DNA of 64,000 bases from IMG/VR virus record IMGVR_UViG_3300010218_000006, positions 1 to 64,000 of that record. One strand, 5' to 3'. The position numbers were made by a program, and so were the translations under genes. Source of the stretch: a virus. Below are positions 8,281-16,511 of the stretch, piece by piece (positions within the stretch are counted from its first letter, which is position 1; every line of letters starts with the position of its first letter). Under the pieces are notes generated by a model. It was not told where the DNA came from and made no database searches. It was given only the letters and a program-made list of their open reading frames with translations.

Positions 8281-9303
8281 CTACGACTTAGTGAGTTCGA
8301 TAACTAGCTCAGGGCGCATCAAGGCATTCACGAAATTGGACTCGGTTTCGATTTCAATTTTCTCGCCCTTCGGATCGGCGTACTCAAACATATACACCTG
8401 TTCACCGATAGTGTTTGCCAAATCAAACTTGTTAGCGGGGGAGAAGTAGGTGCGAAACACATCGCTACCTTGCGGCAGCATGTAAGCCTTGTCAGCAGTG
8501 ATAAGCTGAGTTCCGTTATACGCATCCCGCATTTCTACGAAACGGACTCCGCTGAAATAAAATTCGCGGTGTCTGACCGTAGCACTACCATTAGCGGATA
8601 GGCGTTGACGCAAAGGTTCTTGTGTAGACGTATAATATTGAAAGGCCGTCTTTACTGTGGCGTGGCTAATCAGTGCAGCAAACCAAGTGGGGGAGCACAA
8701 AGCAACTACGCCAGCCATCTGAGTAGACGAGCCTGCGTTATCTTGGATATAGGCGATAGCCTTTTCTACTTGACCAAGAACGTCTGTGGTAGCTGTCGAA
8801 AATGCGAAGTCAACGGTAGAACGCGATTTACCGAACTCAGTGAACCAATTCTGGCTGACAGTTCCGCTAGGTGCATACACAGTTCCTGCGGTGATGGCTT
8901 GTGCGCGAGCGGCTTCAAGAGTCCAAGCATGGTTCATACGGATACGCTCCATCTTCCGCATACGCACTGCATCGAGTGTGTCGGCGGCGGCAGGGTTGCC
9001 ATAGGCGCGCTTACCTTGCAAGTCTTGTGGAGTGATATAGTCAACATCCGGGAAGTGGGGAACTGCGAAAGTGTGCAGTTTACGCACATAATCTTTACCT
9101 ACATTTCCACGCTCACCGCGAACACGGTCAACAATCAGGGCACCCCCTTTAATAATTTCCTCGAACACAACTGTATGTTCCGCAACACCTTCTTCTTGGA
9201 AAATTCCAAGTTGACCAATGGTTCCCCACGAGTTTGGCACTACAGAAATTTCCTCGGTCCAATCCGCTACTTCAAAGCCATTGGCAAACGATCTGATAAT
9301 CAA
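8281..9303 (-). CDS. major capsid protein (lambda gpE-like family)
   Basis: 340 aa. It follows the protease, scaffold and decoration genes, and its N-terminal region resembles capsid-E family proteins. Confidence 0.7.
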   Translation of the reverse strand: MIIRSFANGFEVADWTEEISVVPNSWGTIGQLGIFQEEGVAEHTVVFEEIIKGGALIVDRVRGERGNVGKDYVRKLHTFAVPHFPDVDYITPQDLQGKRAYGNPAAADTLDAVRMRKMERIRMNHAWTLEAARAQAITAGTVYAPSGTVSQNWFTEFGKSRSTVDFAFSTATTDVLGQVEKAIAYIQDNAGSSTQMAGVVALCSPTWFAALISHATVKTAFQYYTSTQEPLRQRLSANGSATVRHREFYFSGVRFVEMRDAYNGTQLITADKAYMLPQGSDVFRTYFSPANKFDLANTIGEQVYMFEYADPKGEKIEIETESNFVNALMRPELVIELTKS

Positions 9304-9318
9304 AATATACCTCTTATA

Positions 9319-9963
9319 TTAAATTTGTTTAAATTTTGAAACCCACTCTAGCCAATTGCTATCGTTTACCGGATTCCAGTTTTGTTTCTTTATCTTTTTG
9401 CAAATAGCAAAAGACGAGTAAAGCGTGTCTAACTTAAAGTGCTTTGACACCTTCGTGTATCCTTGCTTCGGATTTTCTGTTAAGTATTTATGGATTAAGT
9501 CTGCTATACGCCAAACATTGCTATTTGAAGCTGGGTGTAGCCACTCTGGACCATTGACTTTAGGCGCGATTAAATGCTTACTATTTTCTTTCCTAGTTTC
9601 GTAGCTCACGCTCCTAGACCCATCTAGCATTTTTAATCTGGCGGCTTCAGAATGTTTCCTTCCGAGCATTGGAGGAGACTCACCGCCTATGTTAATATTC
9701 CACCCAATATTTGGAGCTGGCCTTAGAATATTTTCTATTTGCCTGCAGTAATCGGAGTCGGCTACAAGTAATGTGTCAACTTGCAACTTTTCTCCGTACT
9801 TGTTTATTGCATGACTTATTGGATAGTTTTTACCTGCCCTTGCATTGTGCCTGTGCTCCCTGAACCTTTTCTTAATACCTCCTACGGTTATACCCACATA
9901 ACCCTGAGAAAATACGTCATTATGTTCAGGAAGCCTAATCCAGTACACTATGCACTTTACCAA
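9319..9963 (-). CDS. GIY-YIG homing endonuclease-like protein
   Basis: VYWIRL...GYVGIT...RFREHRHNA (GIY-YIG core) plus a NUMOD3-like GRKHSEAARLKM. It is wedged between the decoration and capsid genes. Confidence 0.7.
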   Translation of the reverse strand: MVKCIVYWIRLPEHNDVFSQGYVGITVGGIKKRFREHRHNARAGKNYPISHAINKYGEKLQVDTLLVADSDYCRQIENILRPAPNIGWNINIGGESPPMLGRKHSEAARLKMLDGSRSVSYETRKENSKHLIAPKVNGPEWLHPASNSNVWRIADLIHKYLTENPKQGYTKVSKHFKLDTLYSSFAICKKIKKQNWNPVNDSNWLEWVSKFKQI

Positions 9964-9972
9964 TTTCAGACC

Positions 9973-10389
9973 TTAGATAGTCGTTTCAACGATAATGCCA
10001 AGAGCTTTGAGCGATGCATAGACAGCATTCTTCTCGTTAGTCGTGTCCGTGCCTGCACCCATCACCAAAGCATCTTTCGACACGACAGCAGGGCCGCGAG
10101 TCAGCGCCAGAACATTAGTATCAGTCGTGGCAGGAATTGCCATGTCATACGAATTACCTTGTGCATCAGCAATCACAACAGCCGCTGCAGTTTCGCTGCC
10201 ATCTGCCGAAGAAGCATCTTGCAATTTGTATTTACCAGTGGCAGTGACTTTGCCAAGAACGGTGCCAACTTTGTAGGTTTGAGCAGCGTCGTTAACAACC
10301 ACCACATCACGGCAGTAACGTACTTCGGGGGCCAGTTCGTATTTAACGACAGTCGAGAAGCGATTCGAGCTAGTAGCCAGAACAGTCAT
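9973..10389 (-). CDS. head decoration protein (lambda gpD-like)
   Basis: 138 aa, directly upstream of the capsid block. Sequence pattern is gpD-like. Confidence 0.5.
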   Translation of the reverse strand: MTVLATSSNRFSTVVKYELAPEVRYCRDVVVVNDAAQTYKVGTVLGKVTATGKYKLQDASSADGSETAAAVVIADAQGNSYDMAIPATTDTNVLALTRGPAVVSKDALVMGAGTDTTNEKNAVYASLKALGIIVETTI

Positions 10390-10404
10390 TTGTATTTCCT
10401 TTAA

Positions 10405-10929
10405 TTATTTAGCTTGATATTTATCTTCAAGAGCTTTCATAACTGCGCTCTTTTCAATAGTCTTGGAAGCATCTGCCTTAGCATCAACTCCAACGTCCTT
10501 AAACATTTCCGACTGTGCTTCTTGCTCAATCGATCCTGCCAGAGCAGAAACTACTGCCTCGAATGCTGCGTCTTCCATTCCTTCAGTTGCTGCCAGCAAT
10601 TTAGTAGCCTTGTCGTTTTCACCGATAGCAGCCATCACTTTCTCTTTACGAGCAGCAGCTTGTTTAGCTTTTGCATCGGCCACAAGAGCAGCCTTGGCAG
10701 ACTCAGTCTCTTGCATTGCAGCTTCAGCCTTGGCAACTTTCTCTGCCATTTCTGCCAGAGCACTTTGCAGGGTTTCCATTTCAGCAGTTTTAGAAGCGAG
10801 AGTTTCTTGTGCTTGCTTCAACTGTGCTGCCATTTGTTCATCAACAGCAGGAGTTGCTGCCTGCTTATCCTCTTTCTTCATTTCTTTGCTTCCTTTTTCA
10901 CCACTAAAAAATTTTTTAAACGCTCCCAT
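10405..10929 (-). CDS. scaffolding protein
   Basis: Ala/Glu/Lys-rich coiled-coil protein located after the protease. Start set at Met14, which has an AAGGAG RBS. Confidence 0.55.
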   Translation of the reverse strand: MGAFKKFFSGEKGSKEMKKEDKQAATPAVDEQMAAQLKQAQETLASKTAEMETLQSALAEMAEKVAKAEAAMQETESAKAALVADAKAKQAAARKEKVMAAIGENDKATKLLAATEGMEDAAFEAVVSALAGSIEQEAQSEMFKDVGVDAKADASKTIEKSAVMKALEDKYQAK

Positions 10930-11794
10930 CGGAGGCTCCTTTTGTTTGATCCAAGACGTACTGCACAAACTCTGAACGTGTCATGATCTTATTGATCAGT
11001 CCTAGATCAAGTGCATCTTGTGCCATGAAAGTCTTGGCTTCTGTCCCTTTAATTGTTTCGGGAGTCATTGCTGTGTACTGTGCAACGTGCGATACGAAAT
11101 CTTCGTACAGAGAATCTACTTTTGTCTGCAAATCTTCTAAGAACCCCTCTCTCCACGAGCCGTCTGCGGCGAAAGGTACTTTTGAGTCACCTGCTGTAAT
11201 GAATGTACGGGAGTAGCCTTCTTGCTCAAGGGCTTTGCTATCGTTGAGTAATGCTATCAACACGCCTATGCTGCCCGTTTCTGCGTAAGGATTTGACACT
11301 ACGATATCCGCAACACAGGCAAAAACATAGGCTGCACTTGCGCACAAACCGTCGTTGTAAGCAACTAGCATTACACCGGAGTCGTCACACATTTGGCGCA
11401 GTTCGTTGCTGCACTCAAAGGCTCCATATCCTTGCCCACCGCCTGAATCAATATTCAAAACAATAGTGTCTACACCTGCCTCAATCAGTTCTTCAGCTTG
11501 CTCAAGGATGCTTTCGTAAGAGCATCCAACTTTTCCACACAATCCATAAACAGGCTTGTAAGTAAGAGCGCCAGTAATATCGATAACGCCCACACCCATC
11601 TCTGGATCAAAGTCATCAATGTCGTCTGGTTCTTCGTCACCCTCGTCGTCATCACCAACATCAGGCATAACCATCAGGCCAACTTTGTTACGTTCTTTAA
11701 TAAATGCGGCAGCAAAATCAAAGGTTTTTTGATCCACTAAGTGAGGGGTGTTATAAAGGCTCACTAAGAGCCTATGTAGCGAGTGTGCTTTCAT
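10916..11794 (-). CDS. prohead protease, S49 (SppA/lambda gpC-like) family
   Basis: NIDSGGGQGYG...CASAAYVFAC...ETGSIGV motifs, located immediately after the portal gene. Confidence 0.75.
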   Translation of the reverse strand: MKAHSLHRLLVSLYNTPHLVDQKTFDFAAAFIKERNKVGLMVMPDVGDDDEGDEEPDDIDDFDPEMGVGVIDITGALTYKPVYGLCGKVGCSYESILEQAEELIEAGVDTIVLNIDSGGGQGYGAFECSNELRQMCDDSGVMLVAYNDGLCASAAYVFACVADIVVSNPYAETGSIGVLIALLNDSKALEQEGYSRTFITAGDSKVPFAADGSWREGFLEDLQTKVDSLYEDFVSHVAQYTAMTPETIKGTEAKTFMAQDALDLGLINKIMTRSEFVQYVLDQTKGASDGSV

Positions 11795-11808
11795 TGCACT
11801 CCTTTTAT

Positions 11809-13317
11809 TTATTCTGCATTTTCGGTATTGGCAGCAGAGTTGTCTTGAGGGCTGACACTATTAGCGGTCCCATTCATACCCCCTGAAGGTGTATTCAAGC
11901 TGTCCCCAGATCGGCTTTGGGTATCCGTAAGCGTCATAGCGTCAACGTCCGGCGCTTCATCATCCCCTTTTGCCGGTACTCCCATAGCTTCTCTGACACG
12001 ATTCAAGATTGGCCTATCGACCTCGACTAATCCAACTGCTTTAACTCTCTGCAGGTACTTGCCCAGCTCATCTAGGGACACCTTCTCAATATCAGAGTAG
12101 ACGAATTTAGGCAGTCTCTCAGTGCTCCAGCCGTTCATTTCGTACAGGCTGCGCATCAAGTCCATATTAAGAACTTCAGCGATTTCTTTAAGCCTGTAAT
12201 CGATAGCAAGGGCAAGAATGCTTGTCTTGGCATCTGCGAGAGAGAAACTTCCTGTGCCGTCCGCGCCCATTTTGAGCACATCGACGGAAAGCGCCGAAAG
12301 AATGTCATTCTGAAGCCGCTTAATAACCGCCTCAGTGTCAATCTTCGGAGTGCCCCTATCAGACATCAACTCATACTTAAACAAATTGAGCTTAGACTCA
12401 GGATCAATCATGTTAGGGACTAACAAGCCCCTAGACGTTCCTGCGTTATAATTGTTGATGATTGTCTGGAAAGCGGATACTACAGCCTTGTCCTCTGCAC
12501 TTGCATTCGGGTCAAGATACTTAGGGGGAATCTCAATCTTGAGAATTCCTTGCACATCTTTTGCAATAGAAAGGAGTTCTTGGTCTGCCAGAAGGGACAA
12601 TTGTTTGAAAGCCAAATATATGGGCTTCAAAATTGAATTTCCTTCTGGATTCCCTTTAGTGCCTGAGCACGTAAAAAGTAGAAACTTCTCACGAGGAATC
12701 TCGATCAGTCCCCGTTCATTTGTCCTATTAAGGAACCTAGCGCCGTTTTCAAGGTACTGTAGATTTTGCTCTACACGGATAAGGTCTGCACCATCTTCGG
12801 AGAACACCCAACGGGAAATTGTCTCTTGACTTCTGACTGGCAGCTTCTTGATGCCTACCAACCCATCGTTCCATCTGCTCCCATTGCGCTTCAGACGCCT
12901 ACGGAATACTTTCTCATTTACTGAGAATCCGTATTCAAGGTAGGGTATAATGCTTTCAATGAAATTGCCCCAACTCTGTTCCATGTCGTCCATCATCGTC
13001 TTGACAATGGCTGCTCGTTCTTTTTCTTGCTCTGTGGCATCGGAAGGGGGTTGAACGTCCCATTCGACACGAGAAAGAAGTAAACGATAGATGGTTAGGG
13101 CTGCACCCACTGTGGGGTTGTTCCGCATCTCGTTAATGGTGCGGATAAATTGCGGGTAGCGGAACGCTAGGACAGGTTCTTCCCAAATGAATCCGTTGCG
13201 TGTTTTCAGGCCAAGAAAGCCTTGTTCGCCTAAAGAGATTCGTGGAATAACTGCTGAAGGATCGGGTTGAAGTGCTGCAGGAAGACCGCCATCCGGCGAT
13301 TGATCTGCTGATGGCAT
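11809..13317 (-). CDS. portal protein
   Basis: About 503 aa, between the terminase and protease genes. Start moved to the ATG at 13317, which has an RBS and lies downstream of the promoter at 13345-13373. Confidence 0.7.
   Translation of the reverse strand: MPSADQSPDGGLPAALQPDPSAVIPRISLGEQGFLGLKTRNGFIWEEPVLAFRYPQFIRTINEMRNNPTVGAALTIYRLLLSRVEWDVQPPSDATEQEKERAAIVKTMMDDMEQSWGNFIESIIPYLEYGFSVNEKVFRRRLKRNGSRWNDGLVGIKKLPVRSQETISRWVFSEDGADLIRVEQNLQYLENGARFLNRTNERGLIEIPREKFLLFTCSGTKGNPEGNSILKPIYLAFKQLSLLADQELLSIAKDVQGILKIEIPPKYLDPNASAEDKAVVSAFQTIINNYNAGTSRGLLVPNMIDPESKLNLFKYELMSDRGTPKIDTEAVIKRLQNDILSALSVDVLKMGADGTGSFSLADAKTSILALAIDYRLKEIAEVLNMDLMRSLYEMNGWSTERLPKFVYSDIEKVSLDELGKYLQRVKAVGLVEVDRPILNRVREAMGVPAKGDDEAPDVDAMTLTDTQSRSGDSLNTPSGGMNGTANSVSPQDNSAANTENAE
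12911..12927. repeat. TTCTCA-N5-TGAGAA motif variant inside portal CDS
   Basis: TTCTCATTTACTGAGAA. Confidence 0.7.
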
Positions 13318-13344
13318 ATTTATTTCCTTTTTTAATTGAGTGCT

Positions 13345-13373
13345 ATTATACCACAATAGTTGTGTTTTGTCAA
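13345..13373 (-). promoter_or_regulatory. consensus sigma70-type promoter TTGACA-N17-TATAAT
   Basis: The minus strand reads TTGACAAAACACAACTATTGTGGTATAAT, about 30 nt upstream of the portal ATG. Confidence 0.7.
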
Positions 13374-13434
13374 GAGTTTTGACTAAAAATGTCAAGTTTC
13401 ATATTTTCAATATGCTGTTTGCCACTTTCGTAGC

Positions 13435-15882
13435 CTATATTGACACGATAGGTGATGCTTGGGACATGTCTGGTAGGGAGAATGTTGGGATGGTGATTTG
13501 ACGAGCTAATGTAGAAAATGCGTCAGAAGTCGCATCCACCTGATCGTCCTTTTGAGTACGCAATCCACTAAACTCCTCAAGTTCATTGAAGAATGCCTCG
13601 TTCCAATCCCCTCTTACAATCCTCACAGAGCCGCTTTCCGCTAATGCAGAGAATGGCTTAAATCTTGTCACTTTACCACTATGCCCTGAAATGCTACATG
13701 TTCTTGCAGGAACACCGTGCTCTGCTAATACTCTCAGGTAGAAGGCATTAGCTGTCTTTCCTGCTGCTCCGGGGTCCATAGGAATTGTGACATGACACTC
13801 CTCAATGCCGTCTGCAAGTGCAACGTCCACCACAGTTTTAAGAACCTTGTCAGTTCTTGCTCTGAACCTTACAACATCTTCTATATAGTAGATGCCATAC
13901 TTATCCCGACTCATCTTGACACCAACCGTCCAGTCGGGGTTGGGCAAAGCTGCGCTTACCTCACTGCCTGCAAAGTCCCAAGACCTTACACGAGAGATCG
14001 GGTTGTCAGGAGGAAAATCCACGACAGGTGTCCATTCCCTTTTGAAATAACCCGCACCAGATTCTTTGGCTGTCCAACTCCCATGCAGGTATTTAAGCTG
14101 GTTAACTTTAGGCTGCGCCAACAAGTTTGCCAAGTACGATGTATTTCTTGGAGGCAACAAATACGGATTGTCGAATACTCCAGTAGGAATAAAACGAAAG
14201 GATTTGGGCATGCAAAGACGTAGACGTTCTTCTTTAGTGAAGTTCATCATCTCTTGCTCAGTCATTCCGTGAGCATAAATCATGTTGCGTGGCTTACCGT
14301 ATAACTCAAACACTTCCTCAGGAGAGTTCCCCCAATGTGCCTTGTTATCAATAACGATAAACCATCTAATTCTGTGCTCAGTGCCCTCTACAGGGACTCC
14401 CGTCTCGGGGTCTAGGCAGAACTCAACCCAGTTTTTCAGAAAAGAATTGATGTCTGGATTCGCAGTCAGGATCAGTTGAGGATGAATCTTTGAGTGTGCG
14501 GATCGGATACGAGAGAGTAAAAATAGGATTTGATGTTCTGTCCATTTGTCTGCAGCTTCGTCTACGAGGGCGCGAACTAGCTGTGATCCTTGCCAAGAGC
14601 CTAGGTCGTCGTCGCAGGCAATTGCGGAGAAGCTAATAACAGCCCCAGATTTAAAATCCCACTTGAGAGCCTGTGACTTGAACTCCCCGCCAAAATCTGT
14701 ATATACCTGCTTGCTCTCATCCACTAAACCGCCTTGGCGAGTGAGTTCTGGCCGAGTTCTACGGAAGATAGTACAGCGAAAATTAGGGTCGTGGATGCCG
14801 TCTAAGTTTTTAGTAAGGCACGTAAAACTGTTGTGGGTTACAATAAAATCTGTTGTTACAAACAGTTTCTCGCTACCAGATATGGAAATGCAGGTAGCAA
14901 AGTCTTTTCCAACGGGATGTATGTCGCTAATCCTGTTACCAACACCTTTTGGACGGCAACGGGAAACTTTCCTACTCAAGCGAAACAACCTTGCAGAGTC
15001 TTCTCCGCGTATATAGAGCTTATATACCTTGCTGCAAAATACCCTTTCTCCGTCTTTTTTATAACTTCCGATTTTTGTTGTCTGTGTTACTGTGTAACCT
15101 AAGCTCCTGAGAAGATAAGTGACTCCCATAGCTAGTTCTTCAGATGTTGTATCAAAAAAGGTCTTACCGGCAGAAGACACATACCCGTCTGTGTCCATTA
15201 AACCTTGGACGATACTGAACCTGTCTTCTACAGAAGCTTCAAGATATTGCTTTGGAATAAACTTAGTTTGGGATAGACTCCCATTCAGGCCCAACTCTCT
15301 TAGTTGCGGTGAAATTCCTATTACGGTCCTACTTATGGCCTTGTTTGCTGCTCGATTTTTTATTTGAGGCTTACCCAACTGGTAGCCTGCAGTTTCTATT
15401 GACCTGAATATATCGTCATCCATAGATGTCATCTGGCAGCTTCCGTTTACAGAGATATATCCATCTCCAAGAGCGCAGCCCAGCACATACGGATCGATTG
15501 GTAGGTAACTTTTTTTGCCAAATTCAACCGGCTTTACTACTGGTGTAATAGGTAGGTTTTTCCTTTTCCCTGACTTTTTGGCATTCTCTCTACGTACTTT
15601 ACTAAGCAGTTCTAAAGTAGTTTTTACTTTAGTGGCTGACTTTCCTCTACCGGCTTCGTGGTATTGCCACAAGTGCTCTCCGCAGCAGTCTATGGTTCTA
15701 CCATCTTGGAACGTGACTCTATAAATGTCAACGATTCCTTGAGGCCATACGTTCTCAACTTTTTCAACATTGTTGGAGGGAGTTACAACTAAGTCTCCGA
15801 CCTTAATATCCTCAATGTTAATGAATCCGCTAGGAGTTAATACTTTTTCACCATGCCGTAGCGCCTTACCACCCCCGGCTCC
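13435..15882 (-). CDS. terL: terminase large subunit, exon 2 (contains intein)
   Basis: After intein removal the sequence reads GAGGGK|SFT (Walker A), LVDEAAD (Walker B) and LTANPD, followed by a nuclease domain. The ATG called at 15885 is intron sequence. Confidence 0.85.
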   Translation of the reverse strand, partial: GAGGGKALRHGEKVLTPSGFINIEDIKVGDLVVTPSNNVEKVENVWPQGIVDIYRVTFQDGRTIDCCGEHLWQYHEAGRGKSATKVKTTLELLSKVRRENAKKSGKRKNLPITPVVKPVEFGKKSYLPIDPYVLGCALGDGYISVNGSCQMTSMDDDIFRSIETAGYQLGKPQIKNRAANKAISRTVIGISPQLRELGLNGSLSQTKFIPKQYLEASVEDRFSIVQGLMDTDGYVSSAGKTFFDTTSEELAMGVTYLLRSLGYTVTQTTKIGSYKKDGERVFCSKVYKLYIRGEDSARLFRLSRKVSRCRPKGVGNRISDIHPVGKDFATCISISGSEKLFVTTDFIVTHNSFTCLTKNLDGIHDPNFRCTIFRRTRPELTRQGGLVDESKQVYTDFGGEFKSQALKWDFKSGAVISFSAIACDDDLGSWQGSQLVRALVDEAADKWTEHQILFLLSRIRSAHSKIHPQLILTANPDINSFLKNWVEFCLDPETGVPVEGTEHRIRWFIVIDNKAHWGNSPEEVFELYGKPRNMIYAHGMTEQEMMNFTKEERLRLCMPKSFRFIPTGVFDNPYLLPPRNTSYLANLLAQPKVNQLKYLHGSWTAKESGAGYFKREWTPVVDFPPDNPISRVRSWDFAGSEVSAALPNPDWTVGVKMSRDKYGIYYIEDVVRFRARTDKVLKTVVDVALADGIEECHVTIPMDPGAAGKTANAFYLRVLAEHGVPARTCSISGHSGKVTRFKPFSALAESGSVRIVRGDWNEAFFNELEEFSGLRTQKDDQVDATSDAFSTLARQITIPTFSLPDMSQASPIVSI
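14830..15864 (-). mobile_element. intein (345 aa) with LAGLIDADG homing endonuclease, class 3 signature
   Basis: It starts ALRHGEKVLTPSG after Walker A Lys and ends VTHN|S. Two LAGLIDADG motifs are present (LGCALGDGYI, IVQGLMDTDGYV), as is the Trp(B12)-Cys(F4)-Thr(G5) triad. Confidence 0.85.
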
Positions 15883-16139
15883 CATTATTTTCGAGTAATC
15901 TCGCTACAATTACTCCGCTTTCGCTGCTGCAATTTAGTTTTTATATTTGCAGATAAGACTATATCTTCGCTTCTTGTTTAAGAAGGACTCCCGTTTCCAC
16001 TCGCTTGAGTGTACGGCTCGCGCCTAGTCGTTGAACGTTATTCTCAGGATTGAGAATCTTCGCTGCTGGTTATCTTTCTCAAGACTTTCCAGCAATTAGA
16101 GAGTTGTTTTTTACCCTTGGAGGCAGATTAGTGTTGTTT
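15883..16139 (-). mobile_element. group I intron (ORF-less, IA-like) in terminase large subunit gene
   Basis: The P, Q, R and S core elements, the P1 guide pairing with U.G at the 5' splice site, and a terminal G are all present. Splicing restores an in-frame P-loop. Confidence 0.85.
16041..16056. repeat. TTCTCA-N4-TGAGAA motif copy (forms intron P6)
   Basis: TTCTCAGGATTGAGAA on the plus strand. This is the same duplex 16-mer as at 16496 and 30780, in inverted orientation. Confidence 0.9.
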
Positions 16140-16223
16140 ACCACCAAGCAGGATGACATCTGTTGTGTTATCCGTTAAAAATAGCCGCTGTTTTTCCGAC
16201 GCGGGACCGTAAATCTTACTCAT
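16140..16223 (-). CDS. terL: terminase large subunit, exon 1 (28 codons)
   Basis: AAGGAG RBS followed by the ATG at 16223. The exon encodes MSKIYGPASEKQRLFLTDNTTDVILLGG and ends in the T that pairs with the intron guide G. Confidence 0.8.
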
Positions 16224-16354
16224 AAGCAACTTTCTCCTTGTTTCAAAATAACCTCCTCATAGGTTTGTTAATGATTTTAAAGGAGCACAATCAGGATTAC
16301 TGAGGAGGTTGTCTTGGAGGAGACTCCCGATCATGCTGCTTTAAAACCACTTCA

Positions 16355-16392
16355 AACAAAAAGCCCCGCTCAGACTTAATCCAAACGGGGCT
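16355..16392 (-). terminator. terminator-like hairpin with T-tract
   Basis: The minus strand reads AGCCCCG-N17-CGGGGCT followed by TTTTGTTT. Confidence 0.5.
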
Positions 16393-16495
16393 GTCTGCAA
16401 GGACGTACCTTGCAGGAAATGACGAAATTCTTGCATAGGCGGCACGCTCCCTTCCCCTATGACCCGCCAAAGCATTCTCTTTGGCCTCTCCACTA

Positions 16496-16511
16496 TTCTC
16501 AATCCTGAGAA
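16496..16511. repeat. TTCTCA-N4-TGAGAA motif copy
   Basis: TTCTCAATCCTGAGAA, 3 nt downstream of the stop of 16515..16865. Confidence 0.9.

Noticed and set aside
10414-10986. Two long plus-strand ORFs (190 and 170 aa) opposite the scaffold gene
   Set aside because: They are mirror frames of an Ala/Glu/Lys-rich coiled-coil gene. Their Ser/Cys/Leu-rich products are typical antisense artefacts.
13792-15724. Plus-strand ORFs inside the terminase/intein gene (13792..14223, 14066..14272, 14282..14479, 14546..15016, 14833..15102, 15119..15367, 15515..15724)
   Set aside because: They are antisense shadows of a well-supported minus-strand gene. They have no RBS and low-complexity or odd composition.
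15883-15885. ATG proposed by the ORF track as the start of the 816-aa terminase ORF
   Set aside because: It leaves only 7 residues before the Walker A lysine and has no RBS. The triplet is the last 3 nt of the group I intron (…AAT-G). The real start is the ATG at 16223 in exon 1.
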